56,508 nucleotides of DNA from Sphaeroforma arctica JP610 (lineage: Eukaryota): positions 1 through 56,508 of the forward strand of contig NW_014040216.1 in the NCBI RefSeq assembly GCF_001186125.1, read 5' to 3'. Numbering within the stretch: the first letter of the stretch is position 1; the number at the start of each line of letters is the position of its first letter. Below, piece after piece: positions 25,848 through 39,722 of the stretch. The notes beneath the pieces were generated by a model. It saw only the letters and a program-made list of their open reading frames with translations, was not told where the DNA came from and did no database searches. Made by a program: the position numbers and the translations under genes.

Positions 25848-26861
25848 TATCGCTCGGCACATCTCTTCGCGGCAACCAGGAGAGTTTTCCACCACACCAA
25901 ACACCAAACGATGTCTCGTCCTTTGTCATCTCCGATACCACCCAATCACCCGTCACTAGGGCTGCAGATATCGAAAACATTGACCATCAGCTTCACTCAC
26001 TTCATTCCACTCTACTCTTCCACCCCATAATGCATATCACGGACAAGGAACTCAGCATGCATGACAAACACGACCGTGTATAAGCCCATGTCAAACGTGC
26101 CCACAAGCAAATCAAAGCCGGTAAACAGTACAGACGGGCTGTGCTCCAACATGCTCGAACAGCAACCAGTAAGAATGTCCACAGCCTACAGGACATACAA
26201 CCGGCACTTGTCCACACAAAAATTGTTAATGAGGATGATCATGCACACGATCTCACTATTCCGATCAACGCATACATACCTTCAATACATAACAAGGACG
26301 TGCACACCCAACAAGCACTCTACGATGAAACCGTTCACAAAATTTACAAGGTCTACATATCGCTCGGCACATATCTTCGCGGCAACCAGGGGAGTCTTCC
26401 ACCACACCAAACACCAAACGATGTCGCGTCCTTCGTCATCCCCGATACCACCCAACCTCCCGTCACTAGGGCTGCAGATATCGAAAACATTGACCATCAG
26501 CTTCACTCACTTCATTCCACTCTACTCTTCCACCCCATAATGCATATCACGAACAAGAAACTCATCATGTGTGACAAACACGACCGTGCATTAGCCCATG
26601 TCAAACGTGCCCACAAGCAAATCAAAGCCGGTAAACAGTACAGACGGCTGTGCTCTAACGTGCTCGAACAGCAACCAATAAGGCAATGCACAGCCTACAG
26701 GCCATACTGGCACTTGTCCACACAAAATTTGGTAATGGGGATGATCCTGCACACGATCTCACTATCCCGATAAACGCACACATACTTTCAATACATGACA
26801 AGGACGTACACACCCAACAAGCACTCTACGATGAAACCGTTTACAAAATGTACAGTGTCTA
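25848..26861. repeat. ~510-bp tandem duplication in the copia integrase-RT linker
   Basis: tatcgctcggcacat...cgcggcaaccagg occurs at ~25848 and ~26358; both units end gcactctacgatgaaaccgtt...gtctac. Confidence 0.9.
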
Positions 26862-29800
26862 CGCTGCCGTCCAATCGAATACATTTACTCCGGCAACCAT
26901 CCGTGAAACACTTGAAGGTGAAGATGCAGACTTATGGAGTACGCCCTTAAAGTGCGAACTCGACAGCTTGCGCAACGCCGGCACACATGATCTGGCACAC
27001 CCTAATATCTACCCGATAACGCCTTCACTGTCATTGGTATGTAGGGTTTTAAGGTAAAAATAATTGACTGGTTGGTAATATAAATCGCGTCTATGTGCTC
27101 GTGGGATTACACCAACAAAAGGAATTCAACTGCAACGAAACGTATACCCCCACCTGTAGTCACGATACCCTCTAGACAGTTTTCGCCGTCGCCGTATCCG
27201 CAGGCTCGCACGTTGAACAGTTCGACGTTGAGAGTGCCTATCCGTATGCTGACCTCGACCAACCGATCTTCATGACACACTCCAAGGGCTCCTCTGTCAT
27301 AGGCCTCCCAGACGGCCGCATCATGAAGCTCAAGAAAAGTCTCTCTGGGCTGAAACAATCAGGACGCTTGTGGCACGCACCTATCGAGTACAAACTGCTG
27401 AACTTGGGTTTTATTCAAGCTACTTCACACCCCTGCCTCTTCGTCGCTAGCTCCTACACCTTGTCATGTGTCCTTACCCTCTACGTCGACGACCTAACCA
27501 TACGTGGCAAAACAGTCAATGATGTGATCTACAATGGGTAGTAGGTGTCCGTGTATAAACAACTCACGATTATTTTGGTATCGTCCAAAACAATTACATC
27601 AAAAAAGAGCTATTCGGCATGATGGATTGCCACCCACCCCTACACAGAAATCACTCTTGACAACACCGGACCTGACTTCAAGTGCAAGTATCGTGAACTC
27701 GTCGGCACGTTGCAATACCTCCTGGTGTCCACGCGGATCGATATAGTCTAAACTCTCCACACACTCGCACATAAACAATGCGTCACAACAACACTGGCAA
27801 GCTGGTATTTGTATAATTCAGATTCTTAAAGCGACTTTACATCTCGGTTTGACATACCGTTTCCAGCACGGTCATCCCATCGCCGATGCCATTGCTGTTA
27901 CTGACTATGCAGCATACCTGGACACACGACGATCGACCACCGGATATATCCTTCGTATCAACCGGGTTCCTGTCGCGTGAAAATCAAAGCGTCAACCTAC
28001 ACTGTCGACCAGTACAGTCGGATCCGAATACTTCGCTGCATCAGAAACAGCTAAACTCGTTCAGTGGTTACGCAACATTCTCAGCGAGTCAGTCTTTTCA
28101 CAGACCAAGCCAACCATTCTTTATTGTGATAGTAAGTCTGCTATCACCCCTTCCATTGGTTCGACCAAATACTTAAAGCATACTGATATTCAGGTTCGTC
28201 ACATGAAAGAGCTCCACCAAACCGGTATTATACAAGCAGACTATGTCACTTCCTATCACAACCAGGCCGATCTAAAGAACAATACACGGCCAACTCACGA
28301 CATACCTCTGAACTGCCCACCAACGTCCGACCCGCTACCACCGAGAATCAATCCAGGCGAGACTAAGGGCATCAGCACGCAATTGTATTCTCTATATACT
28401 TTGTAAATGATGATTCCAGGGGAGTATCAGCCGTATCAAATTTATATTTAGTCCGGAACAACAAACTGCCAGGTGTCAACAATGTCACCAGTCCAAAATA
28501 AACAATGATCCCGCATCCCGTCAAAAGAATGTAAGGTGGTAGAGTACAAATATACACACATAGCAAAGTATTGAGAACCAGCTACTTGCTTCTTAATTAC
28601 ATATATAGACCAGCCATACACAGCAAGCTAGAAGAAGTTTGATTTCACCATGAATGAGTTAAAGCTCTTAGGCAGGTACTAAAATCAAACCCGGACATGG
28701 AAGCACTTGGGGACCCTGTCCAATAAGCACCCACCGTTCAAGGATCAATAGACATAATATAGTTTGAAATAGCTGCAACCGCATTCAGCTTAGTACTAGG
28801 CGGAGTATTATATCATGTGATACATATCAAACCTTGCTACATACAGTCCTTTATCAGAACTACCAATGTAACACCGTTGAATTTTCCAACCGTGAACAAT
28901 AAATATTAGCCATTGTGACGGCTTTAACAACTCACCTTTAAAGATTGCCTATGTGGTACTGCTTTCACGTTAATGTGCGACCAAAAATCGCATCAAAATA
29001 TTAAAAAGATCGAGCCCGACTCCAATTATCAAGTCGGTGGTACGATGAACTTTCACTTTGACAACAAGCATCGGCCAGGAATACATATCTACATACTGCA
29101 CATATTATTTCGCTTCGTACCAGATTTCAATATGCCTGTAAGAAAATTGTTAGCCTCTGATCGGAAGTGCCACCCGATGCGATTCGATTTAGCACGAAAG
29201 GTTACTAGCCCCCCCATATTAAAGTTATGCTTGCTGCATACCATAACGCACAACAACTTAAAGAGCTTCAAACAGTTCCCGAGCGCACTATAATCGGACA
29301 CTCAATCATCCGTTAAGAGATACATTTCAAATAGAACTCTTCAGACATATTGTGTGGTCCAAGCTACTTTGGCCGCGTATTGCCCAACTACCATATACCG
29401 TTAATATAAATGCTACCACTACTTTTTGTTGTCCATTACGGCAATCAAATCAGTGGCCGTTTAACTGATATTTATGATACCGAGTGAACCAAATAGAGAA
29501 GTAGATTCTTTCGTATACCAAAGTACCAGAGCAGTTCAAAAAGCAATCTGTCGCATAGGTCCGCCTCGCCTAAAAAAAAATACATTTTAAAATTAAGGGA
29601 ATCGGAGGTACCACTCATCGTCAACTCGCTGGGCAATAGTTCTAACCTAAAATTAGGTTGGTTGGTTATGTACCGGAAAGATCACGAGTTCGAATCTTGA
29701 TTTCAATGTCTAGGGTATATTTTGTGATGGGAGCCAATCAACTGGTACTAGACCAGCACTATTGCCCAGCGCAGAAGGTTCAGACAAATTCACCCAGGAT

Positions 29801-30292
29801 TGGTGGTCCCAGCGTGGAAGGTTCAGAGAAATCCGAGATCAATGAACTTCGGTTACACACCGCCAGCCACCATTGCTGTACTATGCAAGTTATTTTAATG
29901 ATCGACCTAATATACTAGAAATATAAATCAAATCATGGACGGCACAGGACGGCACAATACCCAAAGTCTGTACACACGAAATACGGACCACAACAGATGC
30001 GCCAGATGGGATACACCAATTTCTAGCTTGTTCTTTACATAATATATAAATTCAAGGACCATAATTATTTTAAACACTCTTCTTGAAAGGATTGATGAAA
30101 GAAATTCCTCGTGTACATGAGCATATAAAGCTAATCGTAGATAAGACAAGGGTTACAAATGAATAAAACACAATGAATACCTTCAAACAAATGTACAGGG
30201 GTCTGAGGGCATATCAGCCTAAGATGACACACTAGCGGATTATCATAAAATAAAGCTTATAAATATCATAAAAAATAAAGCTTCAAAATATC

Positions 30293-30878
30293 GTGGAAGC
30301 TACTATAGACGCTAAGCGAAGCGGGACTGAATTTGTGTCGATATTAAATAAAGTATGCCAGCCGTGTAATGACTGTGATCGTACCCAAATCAAGCGTTAT
30401 GGATTCGCACAATTGGTGAGTGCATGGCGCAGAGCCATCATTGAGTTAGTTGACGTTGTCTATGTCCAACTACACAGGTGACCGCTACATTTGTCATGTG
30501 ACTCCACGAAACAACAAACGCTCGCAGACTGTGGCACAACTATGTTGAGTGCATGGTGCAGAGCCATCATTGAGTTAGTTGACGTTGTCTATGGCCAACT
30601 ACACAGACGACCGCTACATTTGTCATGTGACTCCACGAAACAACAAACGCTCGCAGACTGTGGCACAACTATGTTGAGTGCGTGGCGCAGAGCCATCATT
30701 GAGTTAGTTGACGGTGTCTGTGGCCAACTATACAGGCGGCCGCTACATTTGTCATGTGACTCCACGAAACAACAAACGCTCGCAGACTGTGGCACAACTA
30801 TGTTGAGTGCATGGCGCAGAGCCATCATTGAGTTAGTTGACGGTGTCTGTGGCCAACTATACAGGCGGCCGCTACATT
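30293..30878 (+). mobile_element. Gypsy integrase N-terminal fragment followed by a 129-bp tandem array (x3.6)
   Basis: CQPCNDCDRTQIKRYGFAQL resembles HECINCEVNRIKRYGYAPL at ~41806. Repeat units start at 30417, 30546, 30675 and 30804. Confidence 0.75.
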
Positions 30879-31032
30879 CAAGTCTAGCTGACCACCGGTG
30901 GCCGGCACTGTTCCCCAGCGCGAAAGGTGCAGAAAAATCCGCCCAGGAGTGGTGACTACAGCGTGGAAAGTTTAGGGAAGTTCACCCATGAGCGGATCGT
31001 GCGAACTGAGATCGAGGTATTCGCGACACATT

Positions 31033-31126
31033 CCTATTTTGTAGTAAATTATGTGAATGATTGAACCAACCAACCTAGTACTAGGTTGGTTGATTCGGTC
31101 ATTCACGTATTTTGCTATGATGTAGG
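31033..31126 (+). other. Long imperfect palindrome / hairpin (47-bp stem)
   Basis: Centred on cctagt|actagg (31079/31080). By manual pairing: 37 Watson-Crick pairs, 7 G-T pairs, 3 mismatches. Confidence 0.85.
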
Positions 31127-31299
31127 CCCAGTCGCTTGCCGATAACATAAATAGTTCGAATCTGATGCACCCTTTGATCGTTTAGGAGTTTAAAAACATT
31201 ATATGGCGGACGTATAAATGGGGTTATATGTACTATAAGTCGTGATTCATAGATGGAGCGATAGCAGATATGAACCTATTTCTGACACTTTCAAGACTA

Positions 31300-31561
31300 T
31301 CTAAAAAGCTTCAACATTGATAGTCGTAAATGCCTACTTCAGTCCCACGAACAAGGAGATAGCTTGTTGCCCATTTCTATTGGCATTGACGTCACGATAT
31401 ACTTGCCTACAACGTTCATTCCAATCTTTCTGCATATCCGTCATATGTTCCAAAAATCTTGCCGTTGATTTGACCAACACGGACGAATTTGACTTAAACG
31501 CAAATCTCACTGTGTGATTGAAACCCCTAATCGACTCTCCGTCTGAGAGGCGTCTAATCAT
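31300..31561 (-). pseudogene. Possible non-LTR (LINE) reverse transcriptase fragment
   Basis: VRFAFKSNSS resembles QFGF..S, and AISLFVGLK*AFTTIN resembles F.DL.KAFD. Short and decayed. Confidence 0.4.
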
Positions 31562-33069
31562 ACAAATACTGAATGGCTATTCTTCTGGTTACACGATTCA
31601 CAATAAGCCTGTGTGAGCAACAAGCGTTGTCGCGAACCGAAAGGCTGGGGGAAGGGCGGAGGAGGAGGGAAAGCTGGTTTAAAAATAACGGGCATCTCAT
31701 ATTAGAATATATTCAAAACGTACGATAAATAGTACATCTATTCAAACAGTGCATCAAATTTTGAAATTATTCATGTGTATACAAAAGGCCTACATACTAC
31801 AATACTTTAATGAGCTCTATTTGAATATCTCAGTAGTAAAATAATATCAAAGTTTTTAAGCCCGTCAGTGTATGAACTTTCTTCATTCAATCATCTCCGA
31901 GTGGCTGTTCTATGAGTTAGGGTCAAATGTCATAAATAGGAGATTAATAATAGGCAAGGTATTTCAAACAATGTATTGGATTGATACCTTCTATGAATTT
32001 GCCGTATACCAATGTACAGTCGGCATACTCACGTCAGTTCATGATCTATTTTTTTTGTTCATATCCGAGGGGCTGTTCCGTGAGTGTGAAACAAACCTCT
32101 TAAATGTGAGATTAATGATAAGAAATTTGAAACATTACATTATATTGACACACACCGTCCATGAATGATGTTCCCGCATACATATGTACATTTTCCAAAC
32201 TTCCCATTCAGTCTGCAAGCCCGAGATTTCATGAACTACTTCCCATGTTCATCTTTGATCGGCTTTCCTGTAGCAGGCATCAAACATCATATATATAATA
32301 TTAGTAGTGAGTCGATGAGACATGCATTAAATCGACAAAGTTCACTAATCGACCACATCACTATAAATACGAGGCAAACACAACGACAAAATAACTAGAC
32401 CATTGTATATTCCCTATACACTGGAGAGAGAGTTTATAACTTTCTTCATCCCGCACACACGTGTGGATAAGTATGCTTTTTTTTCTATCTCCCGATTATC
32501 CCATACAAAATTCACTAATACATGGTCTACGGTGGGCTTGGGTCCAGAGTTAGGACCGGATTGGAATTCCCGCCAATTTTGACGGATTGTTCAAAATGAC
32601 TAAATTCACGATCGTAAAAAAAATTCGGGAATTTTAGTAGCTAAGTGACCAGAACCAAAGAGACGGAATTTCCGCAAATCGTAAAGATGAAAAATCCCGA
32701 ACCTTCACATGAACTGCTTTACTGATAAAAAGTCTGATATCTTCATAGTTACGTGGTTAATAAATAAAGCTGGCGCGTCGTCAAGGACGGCACTTCAACC
32801 TGAATTCATTTATTTTAGCCTATATTAATTTCTATAAGCCGAATATGGATTTGACTATATTTTCAAGTGACCGGACTACTATATCTATTACATCATGTTC
32901 GCAACAAGGACATTATTTTACAACATGTTCGCAACAAGGAGATTTACTATTTTTCTTTCTATCAATATGGCTCAAGGAAGTGAGCAACATGTGCCACTAA
33001 TGGCCGATATGAGCACGACGAAGGTCAGCTACCTGATGCGCAGAATTGGAGTCACCCGCCGGAGCTTGG

Positions 33070-33510
33070 TGTGAAGTTAGCTCAACCAGGCTGACCATAT
33101 CGTACTAAACTTTAAGTTAATGGAAATATAGCAAAATACAAAAAGTAGTTGTTTTCAACTTCAGCCCTCGGTAGTGAGCTAGAAATTAGGGGATTTTAAA
33201 TTGAGAATTTTGTCTATATAGCTCCCCTCTGATCACTCACTACTTCGGTCTAGATTTATTTGGGGTCAACAACTAATATTAAACCTATTTTATTGGGTCA
33301 TATTCATGATTCGAAACAGTCCTCCAACTACAACTATCAATAAAATAATTCTAAATCCAACTTGAGGAATATCAAAATCGAAATCAAAACACTAATCCGA
33401 GTAGATATTTTATTTCACCTATAGTTTCATCACTTGGTACCTAACTCTCTATCTCATTTAAAGCATTGAAAGGCATATCTAGTTGGCTAACCAGGAGTAC
33501 TCAACATGTC
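33070..33510 (-). mobile_element. Diverged inverted partial copy of the gypsy LTR at 43276..44218
   Basis: ttcagccctcggtagtgagc...aattaggggattttaaattgaga...cactcactacttcggtctagatttattt is the reverse complement of ~44010..44115; further matches to ~43710..43850. Confidence 0.8.
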
Positions 33511-33599
33511 CTATTTCACAGTAGATTAATTTGCGTTGCGAGTATCTGGCAATATACGAAGCCTAAAAAATGTCTGAGAACCTGTCTTGTATATATTTC

Positions 33600-34420
33600 A
33601 ATGTTGGATAGAAAGTGAGTATTGCAAGAAAAGCCACCAAATGTTCACAGTGGAGTCTATATACTTTAAAATATACCATAGCATTTTCGAATGTTCAAGA
33701 TTGCATTGTTGATTACTGCAAAGATCTACCTCTACGTCTTTCGTATTCAAGACTTTGAGATTTACGTAAGCATGTGCTTTTACTGTTAGGGACCCGTTAT
33801 TTTGACATTGAAACCAACTAGACCTTGTCTAAATAACTAATTGGCAATGAATCCGACGCCTGAAGATAAAGAAATGGCTAATTACTTCTCTTAGTTGACG
33901 AGCCTGGTCAATGATACTTAACAATTTATTAAATCTTTGAGCACTAGTATTGAATAAAGCATGCATTGGATTCCTCATCGGTCAATAAAGGGTTGTGATT
34001 CTTCGGCACGAAGTTCCGTCATTAAACCGTTCGATAGATGATCAATGATGATGAAACAACATCCGGCAATAGGTCGAAAGAACAGAAAGATGAAAAAAAT
34101 CATGTGACAGTAACCACGCAATATATAGGATAGTGGTTTCCTGCGATAAGTACTAGATTGGTTTGCTGCCATTACACCTAAAAACTACAATCTGGAAAGT
34201 GTCGCGAACTATGAAGAAGCTCGAGGCTATGTCGTGTTCTCATCGTTTTCCAGTTGACACGAGTAGGAAATCGGTTGATGCATGTAAGGACCATATGCAG
34301 CCGCGTCGCCAACTACGCTCATCATGTAAACTTCAGAGGAAAAATACTAAGTTCTACTATATTGAAATAGCCATAAGACAAGTCAAGTCAGTTTGGATTA
34401 ATCAATTGTAACTTGTTTAC
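33600..34420 (+). pseudogene. Highly decayed gypsy RNase H / integrase zinc-finger remnant
   Basis: KHVLLLLGTRYFDIETN resembles YLLG..F...TDH; VSRTMKKL...SVDACKD resembles the integrase H2C2 region. Weak. Confidence 0.35.
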
Positions 34421-35279
34421 CAATAATCAGGGTTGCCTCTTGTTGAAACCCTGAATACCTTCGATGCCACATAATGTACTTCTAATACTTCTATTGATTG
34501 ATTTCACTAGAACCACTAAAGGTTCATAGACCACATGACCTAATTATAGATAGATGGAGGTATGTGCAATAGTGATCATAAGTAGAGGTCCTTCTGAGGC
34601 AAAGTTCAAAGAAAGAAAAAGACTTGTTGGATTTTGTTTGGCGGAGGACCAAAACCATACGTAGTAAAGAATTTACATAATTTAGTATATTACTGTCTAC
34701 ATCTACTATTATCTCAGAACCAAGTATATGAGTCATACCATACTCAGAAAGATAATTTAGAACTCTTTGGAATATTGGAAAAAGGACTGTCCTTTATTAT
34801 CTAAAGGTATATAAAAACCAATGTCTCATCTCGTCTGATATTGATAGTTTAGCAGAAATTGTTGAAGAAGGAGAAACATGTACTAAATATTCTAAAGATA
34901 CATAGAAACCAATGTCTTTCCTCGTCTGATCTCGATATTTTAGAATTACCAGAGGTCAAATTTATGCAAGCAGTAGAAGCCGAACATGCTCAGGCGGTAG
35001 CGGATATCTCAGTGAATACTGAATCTGCATATCGTAAGCATCACCCAACAGTGCACAATTGATATATGGATAGGACATACGACGATCATGTACGCTCGCA
35101 GCGTTAGCCTGAAGAACTTTCGGATACATCAATCACAGTATCTACTGCAAACGACATGAAGCAGCAAGTCTGGACGCTGGCACAACGGATGATGTCTGAT
35201 GATGTGGAGAGATGTAGTTAGGATGCGCTCGCGCATTTAGGGTACCAATCGCGAATCGAACGAAACACTTAAGATATGT

Positions 35280-38200
35280 TTTATGATTGCGTATACACGT
35301 AAGCCAATGGACTGGTCTATGTAATTACTACTCGTACAACCCAAAAAATATTGCAGCTACATGTGTTTATACTTTACCAGCATAAGAAAGTGGATTTCAC
35401 GAGCTGGACATATTCATGTTAACAAAGAGTATTTCTAGTTGCCATTGCTCCGCAGTCTAGACTAAGTGGTTATATATCAGGTAAATGGGTAGCCTATGCG
35501 CACACTAATAGACACGGGCGCTAAACGCTCAGTCATCACTTAGGCGTCCGCACGCAAGGTGCAACTATTGGGCACACCACCAGTGATCGACAGATATGTA
35601 GCGAAAAAATCCTAGCGCACACCCCGGCTGTGAAATACAATCGGTCCAAGATGCAGTATGATTATGCAGTCACCGAAGGGACATTCGAATTTATGAACTT
35701 ACCGGACGCCATTAAAATTACTATCAGAATAATTATCGTTTGACACCTGAGCCTGGGGCTAACGGAATTGTCGTCGCCGTTTCCAGAAAAAAATCGTAAT
35801 GTGATGGACAAACTATTAGCGTTGATACTATTACGGATGACGCCCGACATTACAGAGCAAAAGGCTTTCGTAAACGTGCATCAGTTATCTCGAAATCAGT
35901 GATACGAGTATAAATTCAGCACGTTGTACGCGTCAGGGTAGTGAAGTGTCGGTACCTATCCCACGTGACACTCTATTGACACTTCCATAGAAATACGGCC
36001 ACTTGTCAGTCTAAAATATTACGATCGAAAGTGACAAGATATTCGTTTCTATCTGTGTTTAAATAATTAAAGACGAATTCTTTTCTAGTAAATCCAAGGT
36101 GTTGTAAAATCACATTGATGCGTATAGCCTGAGTATTTGGTATGACTCATATAGCTGGGCTCTTTTTGAGACATTAGTAGATATAGGAAATTGTGCACTA
36201 GAAATGTAAGTTTTGAACTACAACCCAATTTTAAAATTCCATTATTTCTTCGATTTTTTACAACTTCTATTTAACAAAGGACCTTAGATCATAGCTACTA
36301 ATGTGTTAGCATGATTCACATAGCTCCACCTATCCACAATGTGGCCATGTGAGCTATGAACCTTTAGTACTTATAGTAAGAGCACGTAGTAAAAATACAG
36401 GTACGCTCTGTGATGGAGTTTATTAAGGCTCTTACCAAGAGGTAACCCCGAACATGCTTACACAAGCTACCACTGTCTTAACTGACTTCGATTGTCGTAT
36501 AATTATTCAATTAAGTAGAACTTGAAATATTTCATGTGAAGATTACATATTTTTCAGTTATAGTAGGGATTACATATAAATTGTTGTCTATATACTGACT
36601 ATAAGATACATTATACAGACTACCATAGTTTATTTATTGAAGATATGATTTTGCCGGCATCCGTAAGCAAAAGGAAGGGAGCGGTTAGCGCTGTCCATAA
36701 AGTCTGCTGAGGTCCTGGAGAACACCTCTGGCTGTCTACTGAGAAGCCTGTTGACTAAACTGCTGAGGAAGCGACTTCTCAAGCAGAGTCCGGATCTTCT
36801 TCAGACAACGAACTAGTGGAGCCCTCTACATCGGATACTAAGCTCCGCGTTGCCACGGAATTTTATAGTATCGCCTAGAAATACGTCCCGAGACCTTACT
36901 TAACCTCTTGACCCCGCTGTTGGGGACAAACAAAATAATGATGAGGAATTTGTTGGAACTGATTTTCGGGACGTTATGGCTCTTCAAGTAGTAGACAAAT
37001 AAACACGAATGCCACGCCATATTAAATCCAACGACTCGCCAGCTCGCTAAGCGTATCGTGATTGAGCCTGAATCTCTGCGTAGCTCAAGAAACCTCGCAC
37101 TGCCATTGAAGGTAGTGACCCCTCACCTACTCTAGATCCTAGTCCAAGGGTTGCGCAATAAGAAAGCCATACAGTGCTCTATCGTCGAGTTTGCCGTCTG
37201 TATCACGGTTCTTGTATGCGATGTGACACCCGAATATTCTGAACATATCTATCGGGAATGCGTATCCTGTAAATTTTTGTATGGGGATGAGCTCATCTCT
37301 TCGGTGGGTATAGTATTGTATATGTTGGTAGTTTAAATCAGTGTTTCGGCAACATGGTAGTCGGCAGACGTGCATACTTCAGTTGTGCAAGCAGTACAGA
37401 AAACCAGTGAACCATGCAGTGTCTCCACCTTGATATGATATTGGGGCGTGACCATAGGCACGTACCTTAAGCAATATCCCAAATATGCAAGCATGCGCCT
37501 AGTTACGTCTGCTGTAAACTGTGAGCCTCGAACGATTTGCACTGAACTCGGCGACGAGATAAAAAATAGCATTCATCGAATGCAGCTATTAATATAGCGT
37601 CAAGAATTGTAGTTGCTTTCAGAACGCGGATCGGTTATGTCGACAAAGACCAACTCGAGAGACTCTGTGGCAGGTTCGTGCTGTCATTATTTGGTAGTAT
37701 TCTTGTTCTTCTACTTTGCAGTAGTACATGCTTTTCATTGTTCCTCTGGTTGCTTTATGCAGGGTAAATCTTTTGGGATGTAGCTGAGGTGCCATGAAAT
37801 TTGGTTGGCTTTATCGATGGATCCACTGTAGTCTTAGCTGTGTCGTCGACGTGTACGCAATATATTCTGTACTTTTCATGCACTGTCATGGTTTCAAAGC
37901 TCAGTAATAATATGTACATCATGTTGTTGGTATAATCTAATAAGTAGTGTGTCGCGCTGAGAGCAGGCTGATACTTAGCAGTGCAGTTTTGAATGTCATA
38001 TCAATGAGTACGTCCCCCAGATCTACTAGCTGAACCACATACTTAGAATATATGATTGTACTATCAGCTACTTCAAGCGCACACCGGTCATTAATGCACA
38101 TGTTGCGGACGAGATGATGCTCGTGGTACGTATAGGGGATTAAGCGTATTGAGGCGCATCTATCACAAGCTAGTCAGTATCCACCTCTAGAATCCATGTC
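35280..38200 (-). mobile_element. Second, heavily decayed copia-like pol
   Basis: Integrase ESLELVFVDITDP and VRGSQFTADVTRRMLAYLG...TPQYHIKVETLH; copia-type FRIFGCHIAYK...GKLDDRALYGFL. Only faint RT/RNase H traces at 35280..36050. Boundaries approximate. Confidence 0.6.
36455..36547 (+). mobile_element. LTR-end-like fragment ending ...gattaca, related to the 49556..49729 palindrome
   Basis: cttacacaagctaccactg...taactgactt...gaaatat...gaag.ttaca is shared with ~49632..49729. Confidence 0.6.
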
Positions 38201-39722
38201 TGACTGATCGTTCACATCCTTGTTGTCGATTGTAGGATTAATTATGGAGAATGCAAACTGTCTGTCAGCAAGTAGCTGGTCATCGGGCACTTGTGCTGAC
38301 ATTGCTTTGCCATGTCTGCCTTCATGTGCTTGGCGTCGATTGCTCTGGGATCGGTATGTTCTGTCACTGTTTTGTAGACGTCGGGTATCTCATAAATATC
38401 TGCCATCGTCGTAGTCGCGCCGATTGTGTCTATCTACTCGGTAGTCCTGTCGGTTGTGATCATCCCGATTATCGTAGCGGTATTGGAAGCGGTTGTTTTT
38501 GTTGTATCGTTCATCACGTGTACGGTAGAAACGATCTGAATCAAGTCGTCCATGCTTTCATTATTCATGGAAATATATATCTGTAGCCTCTCATGTCGTG
38601 ACGAAATGCAGACTTGATCAGTCGATCGTAAGGTTTGCGACCGTCATGGTCCCGACCCTGATTACGTGGTTTACCGACAGCTCATGATTTAATTAATACC
38701 TGTAGCAAATGTACAATTTCCTGTTGATATAGATGCATGTGCACCGTGCACAATGACAGTTGGGTCACTTTCGTCTGGATCTAATACGATGGGATATGTG
38801 GTGAGCTCATTATACAACATGGTCATCATAGCGGATGTTTTCAACGTAATCTTGCGTGAGGTGAAGTGCTTTTCCCTCCTCATGTATTGTGACGTATGCT
38901 ATGTTAACTTTTTGCCTCGTATCTTTTTTTGGGTTACATAGTTGATTTAATCGTGTGTCTTGTTGAGATCTGGTTCGATTCTTTGTACTATAGTTCAGTC
39001 TTCTGGAAACGTGGGGTTGTATTTCTTCGTTCTACTAGTTTCTCGAGTTATAGATGCATATTCTATAATGAAACGTAGTCGCGTACTCTGTATTGTCTAC
39101 TTTTACTTAGTTGTGATCTTCTAAGATGAGCGCTTTGTTAACTTCTAACTTACGTTTAAGTATTGTTGCAGGCACTGTGAATTCCTACTAGTATTCTACT
39201 ATAGTTTTTGTTCTCTGGATTCAGTCTTGTATAATATTCTTACTACCGCCTCTGTAGTTGAATGTTGGTTAGTATGGGTCTGTACAGAACTTCTTTCTTA
39301 CTAGTACTTAGTTTATTTTAGTTTATAAAATAAAGAAGTGATCACTGTGACATTTCCTTGAATTTTCTAGTGTCCCAACTTTTGGTATTTTCACTATACG
39401 GAGAAGTTATCACTGTGACACTTTTGACCTTCTTGTTGTCCCAACATAGAAGATAATACTACTTTTGTGCACTGTTTCTTGTGCCTGTTCTGCTAGGGGT
39501 GCTTACCTTTGTTCACCCTAGTCTTACATTTGTGATAGTGTAGTATCTTTTGACGAGCTTGACTCTTGGACTGGGCTTGTTCTTTTCTTCGAAGCCTTGC
39601 TTGTTCGTCCCAACTTCTCGTTGCGTACTTCGTCCTTCACTCTTCTTGTTCTGAGTTTTGTTTGTCCCCTGCTCGTACTATTTCTATCTTTCTCGTTGTA
39701 GTATTATTTGTACTAACGGGTA

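Larger units (their letters stand above)
23787..28280 (+). mobile_element. Degenerate Ty1/copia LTR retrotransposon pol (post-protease, MTase-like domain, integrase, RT, RNase H); 5' truncated
   Basis: Post-protease GLGRVLIMSNATQNILSV; integrase VFHVDLLNG...YVDAQS...YPLKHKDDA...IERTNG; GKLEDRATPGVYLGHD; SRDVKF; RT KLKKSLSGLKQSGRLW, LYVDDL, YRELVGTLQYL; RNase H SEYFAASE, KHTDIQ, NQADL. Integrase precedes RT (copia order). Many stops and frameshifts. Confidence 0.9.

Noticed and set aside
28970..29560. Possible decayed gypsy RT on the minus strand
   Set aside because: Only a faint VFLAD trace resembling YLDD; not enough to support a call.
30417..30878. CRISPR-like array
   Set aside because: Head-to-tail units without unique spacers, eukaryotic context, no cas genes.
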